DNA from: Cyanophora paradoxa CCMP329
Taxonomy: Eukaryota > Plantae > Glaucophyta
Direction of reading: 5' to 3'
DNA: 64,000 nt
Assembly: GCA_004431415.1 (NCBI GenBank)
Contig: QPMI01000517.1
Location: 1-64,000 of the forward strand
Position 1 is the stretch's first letter; each line of letters starts with the position of its first letter. Positions 48,701-60,658 of this stretch are shown one piece after another. A model generated the notes under the pieces. The model did not search any database, had not been told where the DNA came from, and was given only the letters and a program-made list of their open reading frames with translations. Made by a program: the position numbers and the translations under genes.

Positions 48701-50132
48701 GTACCTATTATGGCGAGTATGAGTTAGTGTTTATATGATTGAACAGTGATCGCAACCTATCATAAGAGGCATAATCGCGGGTGCAGCATGCGAGCGCCGC
48801 ACCATTTCGATCCGAGCAGAGCGCATGTCGCATATTGACGAGGAGGAATGGCCGCAGACGAGCTTGTATTGAGGACTGTGCTCCATGTGCCCGACGAGAG
48901 CTCGAACTTCACAACATCTGCAGGTGCATCGCATACGCTGGTGGCGATTGCTCGAATGATCATTACTGCAGTGTCTGACCGTTTTCGTCTTTTGTGGTAT
49001 AGCCGCTGCTGACGTAGACGGCGCCGTTGTAGAGAGTCTGCCGCAGGATATATATATATATGATCATGCGTCCATTGAATTGGTCTTCTGCTTGCATGCT
49101 CGCACCATGCAATGATCGTTCCTTGGTGTCCCGATTGACAGTTGTGTGGCATTACCAAAAGCGACATCTGCGCACGACAGTCACGTCTGAGCACTATTTA
49201 CAGTCCATCAGCTTCATCTTAGCACCATAAACAGTCAACGCTGAGCCGTAGCCCCCCGAGAGTTGTTTGTATCCTGAATCCGCAAAGCAAGATTTCGCGA
49301 TCGTTTGATTATTACGTATACCCCCGCAAGCCTTCCGGGGATAAACAAATTTCGAACCGCCGTAGGTGTATACAACGCGGTCGCCATCGTACACCACTGA
49401 AGCCCCCGAGGCCTGCTCCGGCTCGAGCTCCAAGCTGCCGCCGCTCGTGAACGCAATCTGCTCCCATGCAGGGGGGACTGCGCATGCGCGATATTGCATG
49501 CATATGCGCATCATGATCAGACGTAATCGGCCTGCATTCGGAATGGCGGAATCCAATTTCAAGCACCCGTGTCCAAGCGAAGGCGGAGGTACTTGTCTCC
49601 GGATGACTTCCAAGCTCCTGCGGCATAGTCGTAGTAATAGCCCCCCTGAGCGAGTGCACGCTTCAGTTCTAGTTGGGAGTTCTAGATTCTCAGTTGAAGA
49701 GACGCTGTTAAGTGTCTTACCAAGACCATGAAGCTCGACACGCCGCCGCTCGTCACGCCCGTCCCCTGCGCGGATGGCGTCAGACCGAACTGTCGAAGCG
49801 GCGGTGCATCCGGAAGAGCATCATGCCCCATGGCACGCCTGCGTGCGCCGCCCCGACGGTGGCGTCCCCGAGGTCGGAGGGTTCAGCGTGAAGTGCAGAG
49901 TCTGTGAAGGCGAGTCGATGAGGCCTACGGAAGCAAGCCGCGATCGCGATTGCCGGCAGCGCCGGTGCCGCACGCGCACATTGGGAACGGGCGTCGGCGT
50001 CTGAGCGGAGACGGGGGCGCATGCCATCCAGACACTCATGACGGCGATGCATTGGCATAGGAAAAGGGCGAGTCCCCGCAGCCGGCCGTGTCTCGCGCGC
50101 AAGCGTAAGGAATCATATGCGTGAGGGGTCAT
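24780..50132 (-). CDS. Giant multi-exon membrane protein: signal peptide, 3 Kelch(+CUB-like) modules with (Ser-Pro)n linkers, further beta-rich/Ig-like domains, multi-pass C-terminal region
   Basis: Signal peptide ..[24 protein letters not shown]. Kelch-like blades (VYTYGG, YTFGG, LWAFGGG). CUB-like segments ([34 protein letters not shown]). PSPSP tracts. TM segments [57 protein letters not shown]. Stop at 24780. Continuity as a single gene is inferred from uninterrupted same-strand exons. Confidence 0.7.
25848..25955. repeat. ~40-bp AT-rich tandem repeat (about 2.7 copies) in an intron
   Basis: GGACGCTCTATTTTATATTACATGTTATATATCTGAAA repeated. Confidence 0.9.
39440..49990 (-). repeat. Three tandem intragenic segmental duplications (~49990-47930, ~47920-43730, ~43725-39440)
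   Basis: Shared nucleotide landmarks, e.g. GGGTTCAGCGTGAAGTGCAGAGTCTG at ~43636, ~47820 and ~49880, and CCCGTCACATTCAGCTGG at ~42001, ~46220 and ~48264. Introns are duplicated too. Confidence 0.92.
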
Positions 50133-51189
50133 CGCTTTCGGTGCAGATCTGGAGTGCCGCTTGCCATGGCCATTTGCAAGTTCTGCGCATGCGCGGGCAT
50201 CAGCTGCACTGAACTCGACTGCGGGACGAGGCCAGGCGAGGCCGCCAGTCCCCGAGGCCTAGGCCTAGGGCCAGATCTAGCTATAGATGCCGCAGTGCAT
50301 ATGCGTATACGTATGCCGTGCGCACCATGCACATGCATATGCATATGTCCCGTACCACACGGCTTCATGTCGAGCGTAGTACGCAAGCTAGTTCTCGAGC
50401 TCGCTCGCGCTGTATACGTATATGTCATGCACAGTGTGGTGTGAAGGCCTTCGAGTTCGGACAGCGAATCCCTAGGCCTGCCGCAGTGCACGTGTGGCGC
50501 ACGGGGTAAGCGTTAGCGATGAGAGGTAGACGTAGTGGCCGCGGCCGGTCAATTATAACTCGGCGAGTCTTCACTTAGCACAACTTAGTAAGATCTAGAA
50601 GGCCTATAGCTAGAGCAGCAAGTGCAAGTAGAGCTATATACATAGGTAGGCGCGCGCGATCAGCTGCTGACAGTGCATGTGGAGACGTTGCATCATATGC
50701 ATGGCATGCGGCCGCAGGTAGCCTAGTAGTATGCCGCGGCGCTCATGATCATGAGATGAAACATGCATATGTAACGAACCACGGGTCGGGGGTGTCTAGA
50801 TCTGTTGCCGCAGTGCGTAGGTGGGCGTGCAGCACTGCGAATGCCGGGCCACTGGGCCAGGTGCAGGCGCGGCTGCCAGCTGCAGGCTGCCGCAGTCACT
50901 GAGTGCGCTCCGAGGCTTTAGATCGATATCTGCAGCTGGTTCTATAAGCTGCAGGCCCCAGCGAGCGCATGCATGCGCATGCGCGACACGGTACGACACG
51001 TGCGCTCTGTGACAGCACTGACAGGTCGCCGCGATGACCTCCGAACTTCGGAAGCTCACCAGCGCGCACCGCCGCCGCGGCGCCGCGCGCGCTCAGGCTG
51101 CGCGCAGCTAGTTCGACGTCGTCGGTCGGATGACTCGGATTATATATACGAGTCGGATATCGATGGTCCACCCGCCGGCGCGCGCCACT

Positions 51190-51630
51190 GGGCCATGCAG
51201 CCCGCAGCCTGGCGCCGCAGGCTGGCGGGCCAGTGGCGGCCAGCCTCCAGCTACTGGCCTACTACTACTCAATCAGTGACTAGCCTGGCACGGTGGCACT
51301 TCTCAGAGTCTGCGCATACTATATGATACTGGTAGCGCATTCTGCGGCCGCGGGCATTGCTGCGGCAATGCTGCCCGCCAGTGCCTGCGGGCCAGGCTGC
51401 GGCTGGCAGGCAGTGGCAGCTGCAGACTGCAGTGGCTGCCAGTGCCTGAGTGCTAGGCTGCTAGCTGGCCGCGGGCACTTGCACAGTTGCACTGCCTGCA
51501 GGCTGCAGCCTGCCAGGCTGCTGCAGCCTGCCAGGCTGCAGGCTGCAGCCTGCACGGCCCTGCAGCCTGCAGGCTGCAGCCTGCAGCCTGCACGGCCCTG
51601 CAGCCTGCAGCCTGCAGCTGCATCCAGGTC
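51190..51630. repeat. CTGCAG/GCCTGCAG low-complexity repeat
   Basis: Dense runs of CTGCAGC/CTGCAGG. A related CTGCAGACTC/GAGTCACTG tract lies at ~57615-58080. Confidence 0.85.
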
Positions 51631-52559
51631 ATGAATAGATCCGATATATTAGGTGGGATATTTTTATTAATAAAGTTGGCTGCTCTAGCTAGATAATTAG
51701 GATTTTAGAGTATTAAACTTTGCAAGTTGAAAGCAGCGCGCTTAAATTCTTCTTCGCGATCGTGCTTCGAGTTCTGTACGTGAGCGCAGTGTATGTGCGC
51801 GGCCCGGCGGCCCGTGCCACGGTGGACCGTGGCGGGGTCAGGCGCGGGGGATATCTAGATCTCCCAGCCCTACTAAAGGCCGCTCATAAAGCTCCCGGAG
51901 AGTCCCAGCGTCAAGTGATAAATTTTTACTAGCTAATTAAAATAAAGCCTTGAAGCGGCCAAAAGTTCAACGGTTGGCCCAAAACCCCGAACTAATAAAC
52001 ATTTAAGACTTAGAAATTTCGTTGAAGTCCATCAACACAGAAGTTCGTTTAACACGAACGTGCACGCTGTGCGAGGCGCGACTCGCCGCGCGACTCGCGG
52101 CGCGAGAGTTGCGGCCCAACTTGCGGGGAGATCTAGACTCCGCAAGCTACATGTGTACGGAAGTGTGTTCAGCGCCGAATCAGTCATCCATCATTGTACG
52201 GAAGTGCGTTTAACACGAACGTGCACGCGTGCGCAAGACTCCGCGAGCTCTTCTTTTTCTCCGCGAGCTGAACTGTGTTCAGCGGACAGATGCACTGTCA
52301 TGCACATGATTCCGGTAATTCCGCGCCGCGCCGGCCGCGGGCGCCGCATGCGCAGTACAGTGCCAGTACTACTGTACTAGACTACTATTGCAATAATTGC
52401 ATGCATCACAGAGTCACAAATTCATCGGCATACATATATATGTCGTCGGTCCAATTGCAAACTACTTATAGTACCGGTCGGCAATTTCAATTCACGGCCG
52501 ATTTCGATCAGAGCTTTCTGGATTCAGAAGAACGCTAGCGCTTCGAATTCACTAGTATA

Positions 52560-52649
52560 CTGTGTAACACTTAATTAATGCGCCAGAAATTAATGCGTTT
52601 TTGGACCCGGACCCAGAGTATTGATAATAATGCGGCACCGAATTAATGA
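52560..52649 (+). mobile_element. TA-flanked terminal sequence related to the 60659-60960 MITE
   Basis: TA|CTGTGTAACACTTAATTAATGCGCC.. aligns without gaps to the reverse complement of 60871-60960 (70/90 identical by hand count). Confidence 0.7.
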
Positions 52650-55600
52650 GTACCCCCTGGGAGGCACGCGCCGGGAGCGTATACGTAGAGTAGGGCGCGC
52701 GGGATAGCGGCGACCGGTGGGCCCCTGCAGAGATTCCGAAGCGTGTCCAAAAACCTCCCCAAGCCGCCTCGCCTCCCAGCGGGCAAGCGTATCGGTTCTC
52801 GCAATCCGCGCGCCAGCAGTCGCACTGCGGCAGCCGGCCTAGGCCTTCAGCCTTAGTCGCACTGCGGCAGGTAGCTCATGATCAGTGAGCGATCGAACAG
52901 CCTTCAATTGCAAGGGCTTCCAGCCGGCCCCGGGCCCCGCCCGCCCGATCGGCCCGGCGGGCGCGCGCGCGCCCGCGCGCGGCCCAGTACTAGTGGCCCG
53001 CGCGCGCGCGGCCGGTCCCTCGCGTACGCGAACCGGGCAATTGCAAGCCCTTGAAGGGTCGCCAACCGTACCGCGACCACCTGTGACCAGGACCGGACGT
53101 TACGTATACCCCTCTGCATTTAACTGCTCACCATGGCCATACTAAGACTACTGATAGCCTCCGATGCTCTGCGCTCCATCGATCACGGGCTCGTGCTCCG
53201 AGGCTCACGTTTAAAAGCTTTCCACTCGGCAGCTTCGTGTACGCGGGCGCACGCAGGCGTACTACGGTACGCGAGGGCGAACATCTGCACCGGGCATCGA
53301 TATCGCCAGGGAGCCGCCTGCAGCTGCGCTGCCCCCGCGCGCTGCCCCGCCGCCCCGCGGCACCGCCCTGTCCGCACTAGCACTTTAGCCAGATCTAGCG
53401 ATCGCGGCGCTAGCGCTGTCCGGATCCGCCGCTTAGAGACTGGAGACGGCGCTTAGGCCCTTGCAATTGGCGCGCAGCCGAGTACGCCCTCATAGCTGCA
53501 AGAGTGCATCGATATCGTTCCTTTTAAGCCAAGAATACCGGTCGCCGTCCCATGTCTGCGCATGCGACGACGTGGCCTGCCCCGACGGCGCTCGGCCTGC
53601 CTAACAAAGAGGCGCTGTGCATATTGCCGTCCCGGGCGGCCCTTAAGCTTCGAGCTGCCAGAAAGAGACATGGCGCTTTCTAGTAATGCTGCACTAGCAG
53701 CGTGCCTGCGCCACCGCTCATCGCTTTTCCGCCGGCGCCGGACCGCCATGGCGCGCGCCTCACTTAAGCTTTCTGCGCCCCAGGCCTCATGATCAGGTTC
53801 TTGCTCCATCGATCCACCCCCGCCCCCGCCCCTCCCCCGCCCCCCGCCCCCGTCGCCCCGCCGGGCCTTCGAATTCCCTGCCAGGCGGCGACCCGCTGCC
53901 GGGCTTTGTGTTCCACCTCCTCTCGGGCCCTGCGCAGGCGGCGACCACCCCCCCACCAGCGCGCCCGTGGCCACATCCGCGGCCTCCGCCCTCCCGACCC
54001 TAGGCCTCCCGATTTCCGTGCCCGCGGCGTGCGGGAGCGCGGCCCGCGGCTGCGCCGGCGGCGACCACGAGGTGGGCCCCCAACCCTGACGACGGCGAAA
54101 ACTAGTGGAGACGGCCCCTGCGGCCGGGCGTCCCCATTTCCTTTTTATTCGGGCCTTCCCCTCCTTTCAAAGCCCTCGCCCGCGGCCCCTTCGAATTCGC
54201 TTCCCCGTTCCGTTCCTCAGCTAGCGCCGCTTGCTATAGCATATACATACTGTCAACCGTCGTTTCCGTCACGTCTAGATCCACTCTCACTTGTAAATAG
54301 GCTCAGAGATAGAACCGCGGCTGAGCTCTAATTCTGACCGTCAGCTAGCCGCTGAGCTGCGCACTCAGCTGCCCGTCGACGTCGACGGCGCACGCCTGTA
54401 CATAGATATAACGAGACATACTATGATAGTACGCACTTTTTCAGTCGCCTGCTCTAGCTTTCCGGAGACGAGCACCTGGCGCCCCTTATACAAGCGAGTC
54501 CCTGCGGAGCAGGAGTGGCCTTGAGTCTTGGGGCTTCAAGGCGTGAGGGTGGCAGCTCTTTGTTTTAAATGGGGGCCCGCAACCGCGCGCGGTTACGGGG
54601 GAGGGGGGAGGAGAAACAGGGGGGTCCACTCGCGATCGGCAAGGGTACACACTCAAGTGAGAGGGTACAGAATCGTGCTGCAAGGGTACAGATATGGATG
54701 CGGGGCCCAATCGGCCGCAGTTGTACCGAGCACAGGCCCCGAGGGGTCCATTGGTCGGGCCTATTTTTCGGCGCTTTTTGAAGGTGGTTGATAATTATCT
54801 ATGAATCATTTGAATGTAATTCGAAGTAATAAGGCTCTGTCTAAATAAGTTATTTTAATTATCTTTCAATCAACACATCAAATACTTTTAAATCCCACAT
54901 CGTGGCACACTACGTATACGTCTCATACAAATTTGCAGGCCGACATCGTGGCGCTCCGTTAATTTGGACACTATTTTCTAGCGAATGGGGTGCGGTCTAT
55001 TGAAATTAATAATTTTCAAAATTCGACTTGGATGACCAATGTGATTTGCGCTTTCAATTTTTTCCCCGGAAAATGCTTTTCGACGCTTCTCGACGTGCTG
55101 TTACTGCCCATTAAAGGCCTCTCATAGGAAATCCGCCTCGGCCATCGTGCTCCCCAGGGTCGAGAACGGGTACCTAGGTCCAAATATTTTGCCCTGAATC
55201 GCATTTTGAATCCACGGACAGGACAGGCACAGACCTAAGGGCCTCTCCTTTCCCCAAGGCCGATTAGGGGGCGTCAGCTCTACTCGCCGCGTGGCGGACT
55301 GGCAGTGGGGGCGCGGGGCGGCCGCCGGGCCCCTGGCTGCCCTGACGTCCCAGCCCTCAGGGCCTCAAGCGGGCGTCCCCATGCCCCGACGGGTCCGGTC
55401 CGGCAGCCCCCGCTTTTCTTTGGCAGCCCGCGACTTTAATTTACAGCGCTAGCCGCGCCCCGGCCCCTTTAACTAGTGGCCCGGCCGCGTTTGTCGCGCC
55501 GGGGGGGCAAGGGGGGAACCGGGATCTAATGAAAGAGTCGTAGTGGGACCTACATGCGTGCGGCAGATCGACCCCGGCCCAGCGCGCGCGGCAGGTTGAA

Positions 55601-56264
55601 GTGTAAAGATAGACACAGATTATGATTGAAAAAAAAGAAAAGGCCCGATAAGCACACGCTGCGATCAGACCGAATAAAGAAAAGCCTCAATGAAAGGCCA
55701 GATTCAGCGCACATTATATTAAAGATTGTTCTGGAGCCAAAAAACGCTGAGCATCAACGTTAACTGTGTTCGTACGGCCTACCGCTAATTATAACCCTGA
55801 ACAGCTGGCTAAATTAAAAGATGATGGTGCTGTCTGCAGAGGGCTCGCCGTATAAATATATAGGCGATCCAGGCCTTCTGGAGGGGGTCGGGGCGGAAGT
55901 CGACAATGGGGGTGAGGGGCAGCCAGCGGCGCCGGTCCTGAAGAGAGCCGTCTTGCAAGAGCATGGTGAGGCGGCCCGCCGCCTCGAGGGCCCGCAGAGC
56001 CGCGCGGCTGGCGCGCTGCTCGCTCCCGCCGCGCATCTGGTAGACAAGGTCTTGAATTTCGATGTCCGCGAGGCCGGCAGCACGCAGGCGCAGGCGATGT
56101 CCGCGAGGCCGGCGCCACGCCGGCGGTTTTGCGGTGCAAGCTCAAGCACGAGTGCCGGGCAGCGTGCTCGGCTGCGGGCAGCGGCGCGTGCTCGGTAGGC
56201 GGTGCTGTGGTGCAAGCTTGATGCAGAGAAAAGTAGTCCAGGCGGCACGGGTACCGTGCATGCG

Positions 56265-56440
56265 GCGTACGCGGCGCACTGCAGCAGCGAGGAAGCGGAA
56301 ATCTAGAGGAGACAGCTAGGGAGAAGTGGTTCCATGCAGAACCGCGCAAGTAAGAGCAAGGCGTACGCGACGCACTGCGAGGAAGCCGAAATCTAGAGGA
56401 GACAGCTAGGGAGAACTGGTTCCATGCATAACCGCGCAAG
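56265..56440. repeat. Tandem duplication of ~90-95 bp
   Basis: GAAATCTAGAGGAGACAGCTAGGGAGAA..GGTTCCATGCA..ACCGCGCAAG occurs twice. Confidence 0.9.
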
Positions 56441-58959
56441 AAATTCGAAGACCGGAGTGCATGAGGAGAAGTTCGTTTTCCCCTCGAAAACCACTTTTTC
56501 CCCTCGACTTTGACGCTCGAAAGTCGAGGGCTGACCGGTTCACCGAGCCAATCGGATCGCGAATAACCGACAATTTCGTTGCAAGCTGGCCCTCGAAAAC
56601 GGCCTCATAGAAAACTTTTGGCTGAAGCGAGGGAACGGGAAGCAAGGGGGCCCCCTTCCCCCCTTGCAATTTTTCCTTAATTGGCAGCCCGCGATTTTAC
56701 ATTCCGAGCTTAGCACATATGCATTCGACTACGGTCTAGTGGCCCTACGCCCCTCCGGCGAGGGGCGGGGGCCGTCGAGTAGCACGCCTCGGTCGCGTAG
56801 ATCTAGATAGAGGTGTGCTTGGCATCACAAACGACCCCGACGGGGTCCCCTCCTGGAAGTTATATTAAAGATTTTAATTCAGAATATACTGAGTACTACT
56901 AGGCTAGTATACTAAATATATACATGTTCGTAGGCTGGGCCGCCAGCCTGCGTCACTGCAGGGTCAGGCTGCGTCACACAGCCTGCGTGGCTCTGTGGCC
57001 GTGCGTGCACTGCGAAATTAAAAAAGTGCGAATGCGGCAGCTGCCAGCGGGGCGCAAGAAATCATGAATTCATGATTGCGCCCATATGCATGATCATTGG
57101 GGCCGCGCGCATGCGTGCGAACTGGCAAATAGTATTATTATTATTATAGTACCCCAGACGTTCTACACGCGGTTTCTGCCAATCACAAACGATTCCTTAT
57201 CTCAAGATTCTCCACAGAGCCGACTCATGATCAGACGAACTCGAACTTTCATCAGAGACGAGTTTTCGCGATCGGAGGCCCTGAGGGCAAGCCCCACGGG
57301 GCCACGGGCGTGGAGGGCAAGCCCCCACGGGCCACGGCCCACGGGCCACGGGCCACGGCCCACCGTGGCACAGCCTGGGCCACAGGGCACAGGCCCATGT
57401 ACAGGCCGCACGGGGCGTCGGGGCCGCACCCCTCTAGCTATTCCTTATCATACACATGCGGGAAAGCCGGATATCATTACCCCTCTTAGGGCCCTCTAGC
57501 TATTCCTCTACAGCCGGATAATTTGCATTCCTTATCATATACATGCGGGGAAAAAGCTGAAAGCTCCGGGATCCATTGAATATTCGAATTTCGAACTCGA
57601 ACGTTAACTTGAAAAGCTGCACTGGCAGTCTGTGGCAGAGTCAGTGCAGACTGTACATGCCATGAATCCCATGATGTGCAGAGTCATGATCAGTGCAGAC
57701 TTACTGCAGACTCAGTGCAGAGTCACTGCAGACTCCCGCAGTGCAGAGTCACTGAGTCACACTGCAGACTGCCAGGCTGCAGCTGTGCAGTGTGCAGAGC
57801 CCTCCGAGGCTCCAGATCTGGACGCAAAAGATTCCGTCATGGGTTTTCCGTCATGGGCTGGAACTTGGACTCGGGACTCGGCCGCAAAACTCGGCGTAAA
57901 AAAATGGTCAAGTGCACCAGTGGCCCAGTGGGGGCCGCAGGCCTCCAGTGGCCCACTGGCCCTCCACTGCCGCCATGCACTGTGGCAGGCACTGGCAGCC
58001 TGCCAGACTGCAGTTCACGGTTGGCTGACTCCAGGCTGAGGCTGCGCATGCAATGCCGCCTTCACTGAGTCACTGAGTCAAGGCTTGCACTAGTACTGCG
58101 GCAGGATGATGAAACGCTTAGAAACTGCCGCAGTGCACTCATGATCATGATGACTCATTTCATGTTCTAAAGTATAGGGGTCGGGACTCGGGAGTCGGGA
58201 GTCGGGACTCGGGAGTCACTGATCATGACTCATGAGTCGGGAGTCGACGTCGGCCGCGCCGCCCGTGGCCCGTGACTCTAGATCGTGAGATCCGGCCCAT
58301 CATCCGACCCATCATATGCATCTAGGCCCGGCCCGGGACTCCTGGCATGCGCATGGGCCCGGGGCCCGGCCCCGGGCCGTGAGCTCGCCGAGTCGCAGCT
58401 TCCGAAAAAGTTCGCCGAGTCGCAGACTCGCAGGTTTCAACTTTCAAGTTTGCAGGCTCGCACTGCGGCAGCAGCTCAGCGGCTAATTATAAGTCTATAA
58501 GTGCCGGCGCCACTAATAATTGAATCATGATCAGCGAGACAGAGGCTCCGACTCGGCGAACACGTGCCGGTTGCTCGCGTCGCCTCGCGATCGGTGGCGT
58601 ATAGCGTAAACGTTTTTTTTTTTGCAAAAGCCCAACCGGGCAATGTTCGTATTAAGGACAACAACAGCCGCCCCGTCGCTTTCATCGACTGGGGGGGCGC
58701 CTAGGCTAGCTCTGAGGCTCTGCGGCATAGAGGGAAGACATCCTGCTATCTTATCCTAGCTGTGAGCTATCGATCTGCGGCTTTAGGAGGGCCTGATGCG
58801 TTGGTGTCCTTGGTCCTGTGGAAAAGGAGGGGAGGGGAAAGGCGAGGCGCACGGGGTGCAGGAGGTCGGCAGGGGGCGAGGCGTAGGGAGGGGGAGAAGG
58901 GCAGGGAGTGGGGTACACGGAGTGCTGGAGGGTGGCGGGAGTGAGGCACTGGAATCGGG

Positions 58960-59810
58960 AAGCTGGGGGCGGGCGGGAAAGGTGACGGGCCGGGAGCGGG
59001 GCAAGGCGCTGGAGCCGGAGGGCGGGGACGGGGCGTTGAAGCCGGAGGGTGGGGGCGGGGCGCTGGAGCAGGAGGGCGGGGCGGGGCGCGGGAGCTGGGG
59101 GGCGGGGCTGGGGCGGGGGCGGGCGCTGGAGCCGAAGGGCGGGGGCGGGGCGCGGGAGCTGGGGGCGGGGCTGGGGGCGGGGCGGGCGCTGGAGCCGAAG
59201 GGCGGGGCGGGGCGCGGGAGCTGGGGGCGGGGCGGGGCGCGGAGCCGAAGGGCGGGGGCGGGGCGTTGGAGCTGGGGGCGGGGGCGAGGCGCGGGAGCCG
59301 GAGGGCGAGGCTGGGCGCTGGAGCCGGAGGGCGGGGGCGGGGCGCTGGCGCCGGAGGGCGGGGCGGGGCGCTGGAGCCGGAGGGCGGGGGCGGGGCGCTA
59401 GAGCTGGAGGGCGGGGCAGGATGCTGGAGCCGGAGGGCGGGGGCGGGGCGCTGGAGCCGGAGGGCGGGGGCGGGGCGCTGGAGCTGGGGGCGGGGCGGGG
59501 CGCTGGGCGGGAGGGCGGGGGCGGGGCGCTGGAGCTGGGAGGCGGGGCGGGGCGCGGGAGCCGAAGGGCAGGGGCGGGCGCTGGAGCCGGAGGGCGAGGC
59601 GGGGCGCTGGGGCTGGGGCGGGGCGGGCGCGGAGCCAAAGGCCGGGGCGGGGCGCGGGAGCCGGAGGGCGGGGCGGGGCGCTGGAGCCGGAGGGCGGGGC
59701 GGAGCGCTGGAGCCGGAGGGTGGGGCGGGCGCTGGAGCCGGAGGGCAGGGGCGGGCGCTGGAGCCGGAGGGCGAGGGCGGGGCGCTGGGGCGGGAGGGCG
59801 GGGGCCGGCT
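58960..59810 (+). repeat. G-rich minisatellite (~28-bp variable unit GGCGCTGGAGCCGGAGGGCGGGGGCGGG)
   Basis: About 30 variant units with extreme G skew; open in several frames only because stops are rare. Confidence 0.92.
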
Positions 59811-60658
59811 TGAAGGCCGGGTCCGGGCGGGCCTCGTCTGGCTCGGACTGCGGACGGGGGGGCCGGGGGTCCGAGCGTACACGCTTCTGTACCGGCCTCG
59901 GGGGGGAGGAGTCCAGGTGGGCGCCCTTGGGGCCCAGTCCGGGGGAAAGGGGGCGGGGGCGTGGGCCCGCGGGGCCTGGGCGCCGGCGAGCGTCGCGCAA
60001 GCACGGTCTACGTCGTTCGCCGGGCATGGCGGCGACATCCGGTGTGTCGTCCGTGGATGATCGGCTCATGTCTGCGGTGTGACAAGCTGCGAGTGAGTGT
60101 CCGCATCGGGGCGCAATGCGCGGGGACTGGGCGGCAGTTCAGTTGCTTAAGAGCTCTTATCTTGCTTGCGATTGCTTAAGAGCTCTTAAGAGAGGCAGGG
60201 CGATTGCTTTGCGCTCCGCGCAGGGCGCAGGTGGGGTCCGGGGGTCCGTGGAATTCAAAAAAGATGGCGCGGCGAGGTTGGCGGGGCTGCCTGGCGCTCC
60301 GGGGGCGGGCTATCGACTTCGGCGGTTGCGCTTGGTGATGATGTGCTCGTGTCGGCTGTCCGTGCACGCCCGGCTGGTCTATCTAGCGCGTTCTGGCTAC
60401 GGGGGTCGGGTGGAGCTGGCGCGCGACTTTCCGAGCAGCTTGACACGCAGCGTTATCAGGAACCCACGGGTGGGAAACCTGGCCCGCTGCGCCGCCGTAA
60501 TCGTCGCGCTACCGCAAATTTTCCGTACCCCTCGACCCCTCGTATAGCGTAAACGTATACGCATATATAAATTATATATGTACGTATACTCGCTAGAAGA
60601 CTTGAAGAGTCGCTACGACTCCAGTCTACGAGTTGTGGGCTTCAAGCCCCTATGCATA

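Noticed and set aside
53453-53974. 173-aa ORF as transposase of the TA-flanked element
   Set aside because: No DDE or helix-turn-helix pattern is recognisable, and the sequence is low complexity.
54700-55270. Possible MITE bounded by AATCGGCC/GGCCGATT
   Set aside because: Only ~8 bp of perfect inverted match and no convincing target-site duplication.
58751-60082. ORFs of 200-423 aa on both strands
   Set aside because: They are translations of the G-rich minisatellite and are open in nearly all frames because of base composition.
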